Assembly: GCA_038087875.1 (NCBI GenBank)
Contig: CM075993.1
Location: 186,001-248,000, forward strand
Source of the DNA: Malacoraja senta
Taxonomy: Eukaryota
Length of the DNA: 62,000 nucleotides
Direction: 5' to 3'
Shown in pieces: positions 13,901-27,526 of this stretch (positions are counted from its first letter, which is position 1; each line of letters begins with the position of its first letter). The notes under the pieces are model-generated. The model saw only the letters and a program-made list of their open reading frames with translations. It searched no databases and was not told the DNA's origin. Position numbers and translations under genes: made by a program.

Positions 13901-15175
13901 TAGAAATATAGAAAATAGGTGCAGGAGTAGGCCATTCGGCCCTTCGAGCCTGCACCGCCATTCAATATGATCATGGCTGATCATCCAACTCAGTATCCTG
14001 TACCTGCCTTCTCTCCATACCCCCTGATCCCTTTAGCCACAAGGGCCACATCTAACTCCCTCTTAAATATAGCCAATGAACTGGCCTCAACTACCTTCTG
14101 TGGCAGAGAATTCCACAGATTCACCACTCTCTGTGTGAAAAATGATTTTCTCATTTCGGTCCTAAAAGACTTCCCCCTTATCCTTAAACTGTGACCCCTT
14201 GTTCTGGACTTCCCCAACATCGGGAACAATCTTCCTGCATCTAGCCTGTCCAACCCCTTAAGAATCTTGTAAGTTTCTATAAGATCCCCCCTCAATCTTC
14301 TAAATTCTAGCGAGTACAAGCCGAGTCTATCCAGTCTTTCTTCATATGAAAGTCCTGCCATCCCAGGAATCAGTCTGGTGAACCTTCTCTGTACTCCCTC
14401 TATGGCAAGAATGTCTTTCCTCAAATTTGGAGACCAAAACTGTACGCAATACTCCAGGTGTGGTCTCACCAAGACCATGTACAACTGCAGTAGAACCTCC
14501 CTGCTCCTATACTCAAATACTTTTGCTATGAATGCTAACATACCATTCGCTTTCTTCACTGCCTGCTGCACCTGCATGCCTACTTTCAATGACTGGTGTA
14601 CCATGACACCCAGGTCTCGTTGCATCTCCCCTTTTCCTAATCGGCCACCATTTAGATAATAGTCTACTTTCCTGTTTTTGCCACCAAAGTGGATAACCTC
14701 ACATTTATCCACATTATACTGCATCTGCCATGCATTTGCCCACTCACCCAGCCTATCCAAGTCACCTTGCAGCCTCCTAGCATCCTCCTCACAGCTAACA
14801 CTGCCCCCCAGCTTTGTGTCATCCGCAAACTTGGAGATGTTGCATTCAATTCCATCGTCCAAATCATTAATATATATTGTAAATAGCTGTGGTCCCAGCA
14901 CTGAGCCTTGCGGTACCCCAATAGTCACTGCCTGCCATTCTGAAAGGGACCCGTTTACTCCTACTCTTTGCTTCCTGTTTTCCAGCCAGTTCTCTATCCA
15001 CATCAATACTGAACCCCCAATACCGTGTGCTTTAAGTTTGTATACTAATCTCTTATGTGGGACCTTGTTGAAAGCCGCCTGAAAGTCCAGATATAACACA
15101 TCCACTGGTTCTCCCTTATCCACTCTACATCCATGCTGACTTTGTCCAATGATTTCACCACTTTCCAAATGTGCT
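13901..15175 (-). mobile_element. Young 5'-truncated CR1 LINE nested in the Gypsy integrase
   Basis: Open RT ORF 13990-15198 (YLDFQ.AF.KVPH, GVPQGSVLGP, KFADD); near-identical to the 55757-57067 copy apart from an internal in-frame deletion. Confidence 0.93.
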
Positions 15176-18135
15176 TCTAACTGAAATTTTTGTTTCAATC
15201 ACAGTGGTCTCTTCCAACTCACTTTCAGATAAAAACTCAGGCATTAGGACTTCATGCTCAGTTTTTGGTTCATCTTTGGCTGGAATCATTTGATCAAAAT
15301 GAACACTTTTAATCCTATCTCCAACTTCAACTAAGTATCTTTTTGTTCCGCGCACTTCCACTATTTTCCCAACATCCCATTTGTCTCGACTGGACTTGTT
15401 GGGAGGACTGAGAACACGAACCTGCTCTTCTGGCTTGAAGTACCTCTCCTTTTTGTGGGAGTCAAAATGGCGTTTTTGACTTGACTGTTTTTGCTCAACT
15501 CTCAAGGGCCAAATTGGGTTGAACTAGACTTTGGCGTATTCTAAGCCTTCTCTTCATCAACAGTTCTGCAGGTGAGTAACTGTTGTGTGTTGTGTGGTTC
15601 TGTACTTAAGCAAGAAACTAGCCAAACGATGTTTCATGCTGAGCTTTGAACTACCCTGCAAAACCTGTTTCTTGAGAGCATCTTTGACAATTCTAACAGA
15701 TCTTTTCCGTCGCCCTGTTGGAGGCTGGATGGTATGGGGAAACAAGTGTGTGTTTTACACCATTTCTGCTGCATGAACTCTGAATCATTCTGAACGAAAC
15801 TGAGGCCCGTTATCAGAAACAAGTTCTTCCGGTAAACTATGGCATGCAAAAATTGATCTCAACTCATCTATGGTACATTCAGTAGTAGTGCTTGACCCCA
15901 TATGCTTAACCTCAATCCATTTCACAAAAATCTACATGAACTCTCTGTAAAGGTCTACTTGGCCATAACGAGGGTTGCAGTGGTGTTTTTGGTGGTTTAC
16001 TCCGGCAATTTTGGCAGACGCTACATTTGCTCACCAGTGACGCGATGTCACTGTCAATGCCAGGCCAATACACAACATTTCTGGCAATTTACTTCATGCT
16101 TACTATACCAGGATGTTCGGCATGAAGTTCATTCAGAATTTTGTTTCTCAAAGACTCTGGTACAACCACTCTGTAACCCCACTTAATGCATTCCTGCTCA
16201 CATGATAATTCATGGCGTCGATTATGGAAAGGCTTCAGCTCTGAGTTCAATCCACTATCGATTTCGTCCAACCGTTCAATGTCAGTTCATAGACCCACTT
16301 CAGCACAGTGTCTTTCTCTGTTTCTGCTGCAATGTTTGTTGCAGTCACTGGAAAGTCTTCATCTACAACTTGCAGTGTATAGATTGAGTTCTCACTTCCC
16401 ACGTCAGAGTTCTCATGGGGCAACAGGGACAACGCGTCTGCAACTGCGTTGCACTTGGAGCTTATATACTCAACCTTGTAGTCATACTGGGATAGCAAAA
16501 TTGCCTGGTGCTGCATCCTTGAAGGTATAGCTGACCTGGGACCAAGAATCACTAGTAGTGGTTCGTGATCAATCGCTAGAGTGAATGGTCTGCCGAGAAA
16601 AAACTGATGGAATTTCCTGTCCATCATTAATTACCTGGGAGATCACTGCACCTACACCATAACTTGAAGCATCACAAGTAAGATTCATCTCGCGTGTCGT
16701 ATCGTAGTGAACAAGGAGTTTGTCACTTGTCAAGTTTTCCTTGCAGATGTCATATGCACGTTGCTGTTCCTTTCCCCACGTCCATTTCACATCTTTTTGT
16801 AGCAGATAATGTGGTGGATTTAGCACAGTTGCTAAATCTGGAAGGAATCGTGCATAGAACTGCACCATCCCCAGGAATGATCGTAGCTCTTGACACATTG
16901 TTGGGGTTTGGAGTATTCACTATTGTTTCAACTTTCGCCTTCACAGGGCGAAGTCTGTTGGCATCTACTTTGAGTCCAAGGTAGACCATCTCTGACTGCG
17001 CAAATGCACATTTACTTTGTCGCAGTTTGACATTGTGGCAGTTCAGGCGTGTGAGAACTTGCTTAAGGATTTCCAGATATTCTACCATGCCCTCTGAATA
17101 TCAGCAGGTCATCCTGGTTGCACACACAGTGCGGAATGCCTTGTAACATTTTGTCCATGACAGACTGGAACATTTTGGCGAGGATTTCACACCATAGGGC
17201 AGCTTTGTATATGAATACAAGCCCTTATGTCTGTTGATAGTCTAGTACTGCTGACTTTCCTTGTCGACATTGAGTTGGGCGTAAGCGTGAGACAAATCCA
17301 GTTTAGTGAAGACTCTTGCTCCGCTAAGTTCTGCGTACAGATCTTGCGAGGTTGGTAACAGATATTGTTCGTCATCAACGGCTTGGTTGATTGTGACTTT
17401 GTAGTCACCACATAGTCAAACAGTTTTGTCGGCCTTGGGTACGGTCACAATTGGCGTTGCCCAGTTACTCTGGTCTGTCTTCGTGAGTACTCCATTCCGC
17501 TCTAACCTGTCGCGTTCTTCCTCCACTTGTTGCTTTAGTGCATACGGTACAGGTCTTGGTCGACAATACACAGGTCTCACATCTTGCTTAAGTCGAATGT
17601 GTGCAGAGTACCCTGTTATTCCCGTGTTACTGTCGGCAAAAATCTGCATGTTTCCTCATGACGTTTTCAAGACGTGATTTGGACAAATCAACGTGGAAAA
17701 TGTTCTTCCAGTCTAACTCTATTCTACTCAGCCAATCCTTTCCAAGGAGGGTTGGTTTCTTTCTGTACCTGGCCACTATGATGGGCAGTGTTACTGACTG
17801 ACCATTATGCTGAACTTTACAGTTTGTTTGTCCACATGTCTCCAAAACTTTGCCCGAGTAGGTTCTCAGCTTGACCTTACTCTCAAACGATGGTATCTGT
17901 ATGAACTTTGTTTCGTACAGGTCTTTGCTCATGACCGAGCAATCTGCTGCCTTGTCAATACACATATCGACTAGCTGTTCAATTATCATTAGTTTAGTTC
18001 GAAAGTCCTTGCCTTGGCTGGTTGTAGGCTTATCGATGTTGGTTGCATAAATGGTGTACAACCCAAGTTCATTTCCATCTGGGTTCACCTTCAAGTTATG
18101 AACTCCTCTCTGGTGTTGACGCTTGATTCCCGCAG

Positions 18136-20165
18136 ACTCGGACCGACCCTGTTACTGCTATCCAAATGTTCGGCTATTTCATCTTTTATAATTGACTCCA
18201 GCATCTTCCCCACCACCGATGTCAGGCTAACTGGTCTATAATTTTATCTCTCCTGCCTTTCTTAAAAAGTGGGATAACATTAGCTACCCTCCAAACCACA
18301 GGAACTGATCCTGAGTCTATAGAACATTGGAAGATTATCACCAATGCATCCACGATTTCTAGAGCCACTTCCTTAAGTACCCTGGGATGCAGACCATCAG
18401 GCCCTGGGAATTTATCAGCCTTCAGTCCCATCAGTCTATCCAACACCATTTCCTGCCTAATGTGGATTTCCTTCAGTTCCTCCGTCACCCCAGATCCTCT
18501 GGCCACTACTATATCAAGAAGATTGTTTGTGTCCTCCTTAGTGAAGACAGATCCAAAGTACCTGTTCAACTCATCTGCCATTTCCTTGTTCCCCATAATA
18601 AATTCTCCTTTTTCGGTCTTCAAGGGTCCAACTTTGGTCTTAACTAATTTTTTCCTCTTCACATACCTAAAGAAGCTTTTACTATCCTGCTTTATATTCT
18701 TGGCTAGCTTACCTTCGTACCTCATCTTTTCTCCCCGTATTGTCTTTTTGGTTATCTTGGATAACACACAATGGAAACTACACTCGCCCCTCTGCAGGAA
18801 CTATACATCAGGAGGTGCAACTCCAGAGCCAATAAGATCATGGGAGACCCCTTCTACCCCTGCAACGGACTGTTCCAGCTGCTATGGTCAGGCAAAAGCC
18901 TCCGTTGCCATGCTGTGAGAACAGAGAGGCTGAGAAGGAGTTTCTTCCCAGAGGCCATTAGGACTGTAAACTCCTATCTCACCAGGGACTCTTTACTATA
19001 CCACTCTAATGTTTTTTAAAAATCGCTGTTTTTTTCCCCCTTTTTCCCCTTTTTCCTTCCGCCCACAATATTTAATATGTAAAAGAATATGTGATTCTAT
19101 TCTTCCATTCTGTTTGTAGTTTGTTTTTGCACAAAGTCCGCAAGCATTGCCACTTTTCATTTCACTTCACATCTCGTATGTGTATGTGACAATTAAACTT
19201 GACTTGACTTCTGTTGTTCTTAAACATTACCCAATCCTCTTGCTTCCCGCTCATCTTTGCTACGTTGTACTTCTTCGCTTTAATTTTTATACTGTCCCTG
19301 ACGTCCCTTGGTCGCCCCTTTCTTCCCTTGGAATCTTTCTTCCTCCCAGGAATGAACTAATCCTGCACCTTCTGTATTATTCCTAGAAATACCTGCCATT
19401 TTTGTTCCACTGTCATCCCTGCTAGTGTATCTTTGCAGTCAACTTTGGCCAGCTCCTCCCTCATGGCCCCATAGTCCCCTTTATTCAACTGCAACACTGA
19501 CACCTCCGATCTACCCTTCTCTCTCTCCAATTGTACCATACCATGTTATGGTCACTGCCTCCTAATGCCTCATTAATCTTGAGGTCCTTTATCAAATCCG
19601 GTTCATTACATAACCCTAAATCCAGAATTGCCTTCTCCCTGGTAGGCTCCAATACAAGCTGTTCTAAGAATCCATCACGAAGGCACTCTACAAAGTCCCT
19701 TTCTTGGGGTCCAGTACCAACCTGATTTTCCCAGTCTGCCTGCATGTTGAAATCTCCCATAACAACCACAGCATTACTTTTGCTACATGCTAATTTTAAC
19801 TCCTGATTCAACTTGCTCCCTATGTCCAGGCTACTGTTTGGGGGGCCTGTAGATTAGTCCCATTAGGGTCTTTTTACCCTTACAATTCCTTAGTTCTATC
19901 CATACTGACTCCACATCTCCTGTTTCAATGTCACCCCTTGCAAGGGACTGAATTTCATTCCTCACCAACAGAGCAACCCCATCCCCTCTGCCCACCTGTC
20001 TGTCTTTTCGATAGGAGATATACCCTTGAATATTCAGTTCCCAGCCCTGGCCCTCTTGTAGCCATGTCTCAGTAATTCCCACAACATCATAGTTGCCCGT
20101 TTCTAACTGAGCCTCAAGCTCGTCCACTTTATTCCTTATACTTCGCGCATTCATGTTCAGCACTT
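18136..20165 (-). mobile_element. CR1 LINE (APE endonuclease to RT N-terminus), interrupted by a Rex fragment
   Basis: NARSIRNK, VVGITETWL, MGDFN, GGSDHN, KFPGPDGLHPRVLKE. Confidence 0.9.
18759..19210 (+). mobile_element. Rex1/Babar-type LINE 3' end nested in CR1
   Basis: LQELYIRRC...RLRRSFFPEAIR; (CTTGA)n tail; splits the CR1 sequence gttatctt|ctgttg. Confidence 0.8.
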
Positions 20166-20341
20166 TGACCTCCGGATTCGACCTACATGATTGGAATTTT
20201 AATGTTTCTTAATGTTTTAATGTCACTAAGTTTGCAAAGAAAAATGTACAGCATGAAATATAATTGTCATTGCGGACACTTTGCCTTGGATGCTAATTGT
20301 TTTCATTTTCCCTTTTATTTAATGTGCTATCTGTCATTTAG

Positions 20342-20453
20342 CTGCAATTCCTTTGACTGATTCAGAACACAAACTGCTACCTTTGCACTTTGCAACGGAT
20401 CCCAAGGATTGGGAATGGGGAAAGGATGACAACGACAATATCAAACTGGCTAA
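20342..20453 (+). CDS. OTUD7A: OTUD7A exon: [37 protein letters not shown]
   Basis: tttag acceptor, GTAAGT donor; phase matches the previous exon. Confidence 0.93.
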
Positions 20454-20750
20454 GTAAGTGGGTGTGGTTCATTGCCATATTAACTTTTATCCCTTTCAGT
20501 GCGATAGATCAGTTAATGAACTCCTCCAGGCATGTATTAATTCATGCTCTGCATTCCATGTAGTAAGTGCAGTGTCTTTTCATTTGCAAATTGTGAACAC
20601 TCTTTCAGCTTCATCTGGTGACATCCAGATTGTTTGGGTTTGTATAAGTTCATTTCACAATCAAGATTTACTACATTTATCACTGAAGCTGTTTAAGTTT
20701 GTTTGTTTTCTGTGTTGATGCTTTTGTCATTCTGCATTCTTTTATTCCAG

Positions 20751-20835
20751 TTTGATCCTCTCCCTGGAAGCGAAACTTCACCTACTGCACAGCTACATGA
20801 ATGTGTCCTGGATTTGTATTCCTGCTGAAACCAGG
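20751..20835 (+). CDS. OTUD7A: OTUD7A exon: [28 protein letters not shown]
   Basis: ttccag acceptor, GTAATT donor; 85 bp, phase consistent. Confidence 0.93.
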
Positions 20836-21011
20836 GTAATTCCCTGCAACCTTGTACGAGAAGCACCAAAGGATCGTGCTGTGATATAATCGACATATGG
20901 ACCATTGCTCCAGTGATTCAGTGGAAAAGATATCTTGGCTCTGTGTGAAAGATTGTCATGAATTACATTGTAAATTAGCCTTACGGTATTGTAAGAAAGC
21001 TTTAAATACCT

Positions 21012-22400
21012 TAGAACATAGAACAGTACAGCACAGGAACACCCCCTATGCCCACAATATCTGTGCGAACATCATGCCAGGATCAACCCTTATCTGCCTG
21101 CATGCAATCCATGTCCCTCCATTCCCTGCCGATCCGTGTCCCTATCCAAAGATCTCTTAAATGCTGCTGTCATATCTGCCTCCATCACCATCCCTGGCTG
21201 CGCACATCTCATCTAAACTTTGTCCCTCACCTTAACTATGCCCTCTAGTCTTTGACATTTCTATTCTGGAGCAAAGGTTCTGACCGTCTGCCCTATTTAT
21301 GCCATTCATAATTTTATAATATCTTTTATAATATTTTATCTTCAACCTCTGACCAGGGAAAACAATCAAAATTTGTCCAGCCTCTCTTTATATTTAATAC
21401 GCACATATCCAGCCAACATTCTGGTAAATCTGTTGTGCGACCTCTCCAAAGCCTCCACATTGTTCCTGTAAAGGAGCCACCAGTACTCTAAATGCAGCCT
21501 AGCCAAAGTCCTATAAAGCTACAACTTGGCTTCCTGACTCTTCTACACAATCCCCTGACTGATGAAGGCAAGCATACCATATGCCTTCTGTACTACTTTA
21601 TCTATTTGTGTTGCTTTTTCCGGGAGCTATGAACTTGGACCCCAAGAACCCTCTGTAATCAATGCTGTTAACGGTCATGTTATTAACTGTATAATTTCCT
21701 CTTACATTCGGCCTCTTAAAATGCAACACCTCACACTTGCTTGGATTAAATTCCATCTGCCAGTTTCCCACCCATTTCTGCACTGTATACTTTGACAACT
21801 TTCCTCACAGTCCACAACTCCACATCTTGGTCTTATCTGCAAATTTACTAACTAACCATTCAAAATTTCTATCCAAGTCATTTATATATATGATAGAAAC
21901 CAGAGGTCCAAGCACAGAGATCCCTGTGGAAGTCCACTGGTCACAGACCCCCAGCCAGAGTAACAGTCTTCCACCACAACCCACTCAGTTCTTAGAGTAA
22001 GCCACCTCTGAATCCACATGACCACCATGGAGCCCATTACATTTTAATCTCCTGAATCAGCTTACTATGAGGGACTTTATTAAATGCTTTACTAAAATAC
22101 ATGTAGGCAACATCCTCAACCCTACCCTCATCAATGTCACCTCCTAGAAAAACTCCATCAAGTTCTTGCAGCGAGAAAAGCCATGCAGACTGTCCCCAGT
22201 TCGCCCATTCCTATTCAAATGATAGTAAATCCTATCAGAGAGTCCTCCAATAGCTTCCCTGCCACACACATGAGACACAACTTCCTGCATTATCCCTATT
22301 TTCCTCCTTAAACAAAGAAACAACACTGGTAACTCTCCAGTCCTCCAGGACCTCGCCTGTAATCTCACTGCAATCTCCCCTCTTGCCTCTCTCAATAACT
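21012..22400 (-). mobile_element. Old CR1 LINE (degenerate)
   Basis: WQMEFNPSKCEVLHF and EDWRV..VV.LFK remnants; CR1-type tail at ~21012. Confidence 0.75.
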
Positions 22401-23188
22401 TTTCTGTCCTTCTGGTGTCCCAAATGCCTGTATATTTGGAAAATGTAAGGCCTGTATAGAAGAAACCAGAAGTAATGCATAGCTTTCTTTACATTCAAAG
22501 TTTAATTCTCAATATATTAATCGTGTGATCACTTGTATACATTTAGCTCCTTTTATCTACAAAGCACCACATGTGGTCTCCTTCAACAATGCAACTTCCA
22601 GTTGAGTGGGGCCTTTACCCAGGGCTGAGCCACTCAGCGTTCAGTGGCAAGTCGCCTGCCATGATGGTGGTCCTTCCCCACAAAGCTTTGGCATTGGTAG
22701 CATCAAACGTTCCTTGGCATGTGGGTCTACAGCCTGGAATGTGCCAGCCAGTAGCATTCCCTTACTGACATCTCATGTACAAGACAACCAACAAGTTTTA
22801 GACATGCCAAAGAGACTTTTCCACGCAGCACACAATGTTTGTTTCAGTGCGAGTCCCTGGGAACAACTTGCAGATCAGGGTGTCTGGTATGCAGCTACTT
22901 GGGATGAACCTCGACAAGGATCAATTATTTTATGCCAGTGCATTTATAGGTGACAAATGATCAGCATAAGCTCAATAAGCCTGATGCTGTTACTCAAAGC
23001 TTGTTCACAGAGGGGTTTAGGTATTGGATGGTGATATTGTCACCAGAGATTGTGTAACCTGCCACAGAAGTCTTGGATCAGTCGAAGAGCTGCAGGCAGA
23101 CTTTGTAATTGTTTCTTTCTCAATATTTTTCTTAAAGTGTTGGTCAGAATTGTTTTTAAACTTATTCCTGCATAATTTGTATTGACAG

Positions 23189-24586
23189 GCACCTTTGGCC
23201 CAACCAGAGTCACCAACTGCTTCAGCAGGGGAGGATGTTCATTCTCTAGCTGACTCAATGGATTCAGACAGAGACTCCATCTGCAGCAACTCCAACCTGA
23301 ATGGAAACAGAAACAAGAAAGAGAAAGGAGATAAACAAAAGAAGGATAAGGAAAAGAACCGGACAGATTCTGTTGCAAACAAGCTTGGAAGCCTTAGTAA
23401 AACTCTGGGAATTAAACTGAAGAAAAACATGGGAGGACTTGGTGGCCTGGTGCATGGAAAGATCAGCCGGGGAAGCACCAGCAATGGGCGCAACGGAGAG
23501 ACAGTGGAGAAACTCAAGAAGAAAGAGTCCAACAAAACTCGGAAAGGAAGCAAGGAGGAGTCATCGCATTCTGCAAGCTCATCCCCTACAGATAAGTCAA
23601 CTGCCTCAGTTAAATCTCCAGTCGAGAAACAATCTGATCAGTGGAAATACAGCACCGATGTCAAACTCAGCCTCAACATACTGAGAGCTGCCATGCAAGG
23701 AGAGAGGAAGTTCATCTTTGCAGGTCTTCTGTTGACCAGTCATAGGCACCAGTTTCATGAGGAGATGATTAATTATTACCTGACCACTGCTCAGGAGCGC
23801 TTCAATGCTGAACAGGAACAGCGGCGCAAGGAGACAGAGAGAAAAACATGCAGCAACTCATGTAAAAACACGTGCAACAACTCTTCATGTAAAAAAGAGG
23901 AGCAAGAGCCATCTCGGAGAAGCAGGTCAGAACCAAATTCACAAGAGGACACATTTCAAGGCTCTTCTCAAAGCCATATAGGTCACCTGAGCTCAAACCT
24001 ACAGGGGATCAGTGACCAGATATCGATGAGCACTTCACCACCAAACGGTGGAACCCTTAAAGCTGGGACTCTCACCTCTGCCCATTTCACCCATACGCCA
24101 GCTTTGCTGCAGCATGTCATTCATGTATCTGAGGTGAGATCACAGCCATCAAGTTATCAATCTGACAATCAGTCACCCGTCATCAGCTCTCTGAAAACAT
24201 GTGCTACTTACCCGCAACATAGTCGCTCGATGTCTTATCAAAACTATTGCCCTGTGGGCCTGTCAGGGCTCCCTACTGTGGAAACCATGGAACCTCTGAA
24301 ATGTTTGCTGCCCCCTGAACACAAAAGTCACACATATACGAATGGGTTTGGTTCTGGTGATGTTAGTGATTACCTGGAATACGCAGATGAGGCCCCTTCC
24401 TTTGTGCGACAGAGTGGAGAGAAAAGCAAAGTGCGAGGTGTGGCAGCCACGCCTTATTCACTCCAACAGAACCGCTGCAAACAGCACAACTGCCCCTTCT
24501 ACGGACGCCCGGAGACTGAATTTTACTGCTCCTACTGCTACAAGGAGGAGCTGAAACGCAGGGATCGAGGAAACAGGTCTGTTTGA
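23189..24586 (+). CDS. OTUD7A: OTUD7A terminal coding exon with basic NLS-like region and A20-type zinc finger
   Basis: gacag acceptor; APLAQPESPTASAGEDV, KYSTDVKLSLNILRAAMQGERKFIFAGLLLTSHRHQFHEEM, CKQHNCPFYGRPETEFYCSYCY; TGA stop. Confidence 0.96.
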   Translation, partial: APLAQPESPTASAGEDVHSLADSMDSDRDSICSNSNLNGNRNKKEKGDKQKKDKEKNRTDSVANKLGSLSKTLGIKLKKNMGGLGGLVHGKISRGSTSNGRNGETVEKLKKKESNKTRKGSKEESSHSASSSPTDKSTASVKSPVEKQSDQWKYSTDVKLSLNILRAAMQGERKFIFAGLLLTSHRHQFHEEMINYYLTTAQERFNAEQEQRRKETERKTCSNSCKNTCNNSSCKKEEQEPSRRSRSEPNSQEDTFQGSSQSHIGHLSSNLQGISDQISMSTSPPNGGTLKAGTLTSAHFTHTPALLQHVIHVSEVRSQPSSYQSDNQSPVISSLKTCATYPQHSRSMSYQNYCPVGLSGLPTVETMEPLKCLLPPEHKSHTYTNGFGSGDVSDYLEYADEAPSFVRQSGEKSKVRGVAATPYSLQQNRCKQHNCPFYGRPETEFYCSYCYKEELKRRDRGNRSV

Positions 24587-27000
24587 CTGTGATGCTTGTA
24601 TGGAAAGTTCTTTCCAGCTTTTCCGTATGAACCAACTCTGGAAAATTACAAATATTTTGATGAGCAATTTGTTAAGTGTAAATCTTTAAATCAGGATCAA
24701 GAGTCTGTTCATTACCTTTCAAGAATCCTGGATCTGTGGAGTTGGATCTATTGGAACAGTGATGAATCTGTGCCTCTGGGATTGGAACCAGACCCTGACT
24801 CCTCCCCAGACTCCAGGGCAATATGAACCCTTCATGTTACTACTCCATGGACTGTTACCAAATAGTTGATTATATTCCAACATGTATGGTTTTTTTTAAT
24901 TACACTACTGCAAGATAATTTGCACATTAATTACAACTGTAAAAGTAACATATAGCAGAAAATAACCAATTATTTATGTGTTTGTGAACTGGAAGATGCA
25001 TTATGATGGAACTTTACAAGCAAAAGTTTAAAAATTGTAATATAGAAATTATTTTTATATTATTTTCACAAATGTGCTGCAAAGCAATATTTTGCGCTTT
25101 TTATTAAAACACAATTGCCACTTTAGTAGATGACTATATTGCTGAAACTAATTAGAGGCATACAGCAGCATTGTGATGTATGTTTACGGGCCCAAGGAGT
25201 GGCTTGAGTGTTCACACCTTTTGATACTTCGTCAACATGCAACTTCATTTGATGAAAGCTTTTTCCCCAAAGCTTATTTCCGATATTTCAATTAAAGCCT
25301 TGGCTACATCTGGTGCTGTGAAGCATCTGCTAAATTTATTTTGCTGTTTCAGCTTAGAATATCTCAAGAAGAAAAATGCACACTTATCTTGAATTTCCTG
25401 CCTGCAAACAGCACTTACCGTTGCAGATGCAAAGCAATTGAAAAGAGAAAGAAAGCCAATGAGCTGGGCACCTTCGACCTAAATCCAAAAACTTTGATTC
25501 ACTTGCCTGGTGACTGACATAAAAAATTCACAAGCAGTCGCATCTGGCTAAACTTGTCTTTTCATCTACTTACAGGAGCATTAGACAATGGCCTAGGTTA
25601 GCAGCTGAGCACCGTGACGCTCCTGATGCAGATATTCTGTAAGTCATGACAAGGGAGCATTTCCTAGAGTTCCTTTAAAAATGTAAAGCAACTATTTCTG
25701 TGTAGTTTTTATTTTCAATGATTTTGTCTTCTGCTTTAATATGAAATTAAACTCTGGAAATACTTTATTCTACATTGATCTTAGCACTATGCACACAATG
25801 ACAGAAGCAAAAATAAAGGGATGAGGTTTCCTCATGGCCTCCCCTCCTCCCCCCCCCCCCCCCCAAACAACCTGAATCTGTTGTATGACCCATTGACCCC
25901 CTGCAACCTTTTCCTTCGCCCCTTAACACTGTTCCTTCAATTAACCAAAAAGTGCAGCGAAGAATGCAAATAGAGCTAACTAACTTCACCGTAATACTTG
26001 ACTGGAATTCCTGTGTTATCTCTGCTGTTTATGGAACCCAGCAGTTTTGCTGCCTCAAGCATTGTTCATACAGGAAAACAAACTCCAGCACTATGTGGGA
26101 AGCTGCCCGTTTCTGATCCATCCTGAGCCCAGGCGATAAGTGTGTTCCCCATGAACGTGGGGGGAAATGCAAATGAGGTTAAAATATTAAACTGTTCCAT
26201 CCAAAGCCTCCTTCCACTGGGCACAGGAGAAATCTTCTGTTGAATCTTCCATGAAAATTTAAGGAGATTTTGGGGTTAATTGTATAATATTTACTGATTA
26301 TTGTGAACTTTCGGGACAAGCAAGTTCACTGAAACTTTAAAGAACAAAACTGAAAGAAAAATAAGCATTATTTTGTTGGATTTTAGAACAAGAAATGAGT
26401 TTAGGTGTGGCTAACATTTTTAGTAAAGATTTAAAGCATTTTAACCTAGAAAATAATAGTGAATTCAGGATAAGGTCCTTTTAAATATTGAACAACATAG
26501 TAGCTTTTGTTTAACTTAGGTTGGTTGTTCCTGGATTATTTTTCTGTATATAATCATCCTAAGATTTTCAAATGGTCGGAAGCATAAACTAGTTTTCAAA
26601 AGGTGGTTGAAATATAATGCCAAATCCTGAACAATATCTGGCAATAACGTCCGAGATTAAATAATGGATTGAACCTAATGTAAGAGGATGCGACCAAATT
26701 GAGCATTCACTGTGTGACACATTCTCTTCCTTGTTTGATCATAATATTCTGCATTGTTTTAAATGTTTGTCACCCAACTTGCACTGAAAAATTAAAACCC
26801 AAGTTATTCCGACTTTCTGTATTGCAATGTTTTCTGTGTCTTTATAAAATTAAGAAATAATACTGTTTCAATTGTAGATTGTTGATCTGAATGTCTGACA
26901 GATTGAGTGGTTATATGGGGAATCGCAAAAGAAGATTCTCTTAGAGAAAATGTCTTGCATGGTTTAATTTCAAGAAATAAATTGACAGTCTTATTCTATG
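24587..27000 (+). other. OTUD7A: Probable OTUD7A 3' UTR (end uncertain)
   Basis: AT-rich, transposon-free stretch after the stop; candidate poly(A) signals AATAAA 25812, ATTAAA 26791, AATAAA ~26976. Confidence 0.5.
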
Positions 27001-27526
27001 ATGTATTAAATGATCTGGAAATTGAGCGATTGAACCTGGTCGCTGAGGAGAGGTTAACATTACACATTTATTTTCTAAGTCGATATACAAGGAAGCCATG
27101 GCTTGGGCGAATCGGTGCTTTGTTCTTTATCCTTACAAGCATTACCTGAAGATTCAGGATTTGTTCAGCAACATCAGTTTAAAATATGATGTTTGTGTAA
27201 TGAAGCTATATACAAATCATTTCATTGATTAATGCATATTTTACGAGTTGTGAAGAAAATGTAACCATCATTGTTCTCTATTCCACTGCATAATGCTGTC
27301 CAGCTCAGTTCAATAATCATCGTCACTCAGCACAGAAACAGCCCTAAGCCCACCATCTCCGAGTCCACCTCTGTAGAACACAGTGCTGGAGTATCTCAGC
27401 GGATTAGGCAGCATCGGAGGATATGGTTAGGCAATGCTTTGGGTACGAGACTTCATGCGATGTGCCTGACCTGCTGAGTTACTCCAGCACTGTGCATGAT
27501 TCCTGCATCTGCAATTCATTCTGTCT

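Larger units (their letters stand above)
13245..18135 (-). mobile_element. Decayed Ty3/Gypsy LTR retrotransposon (PR-RT-RH-IN), 5' end lost, with two nested insertions
   Basis: Minus-strand fragments in Gypsy order: protease (CIDKAADCS; LLGKDWL), RT (RPRPVPYA; SNWATPIV), RNase H (LTCDASSYGVGAV; DHEPL; NAVADALS), integrase (ELHAEHPG; FLLKYRTT), tail SGRICKPVVRLGL*; many frameshifts. Confidence 0.9.
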
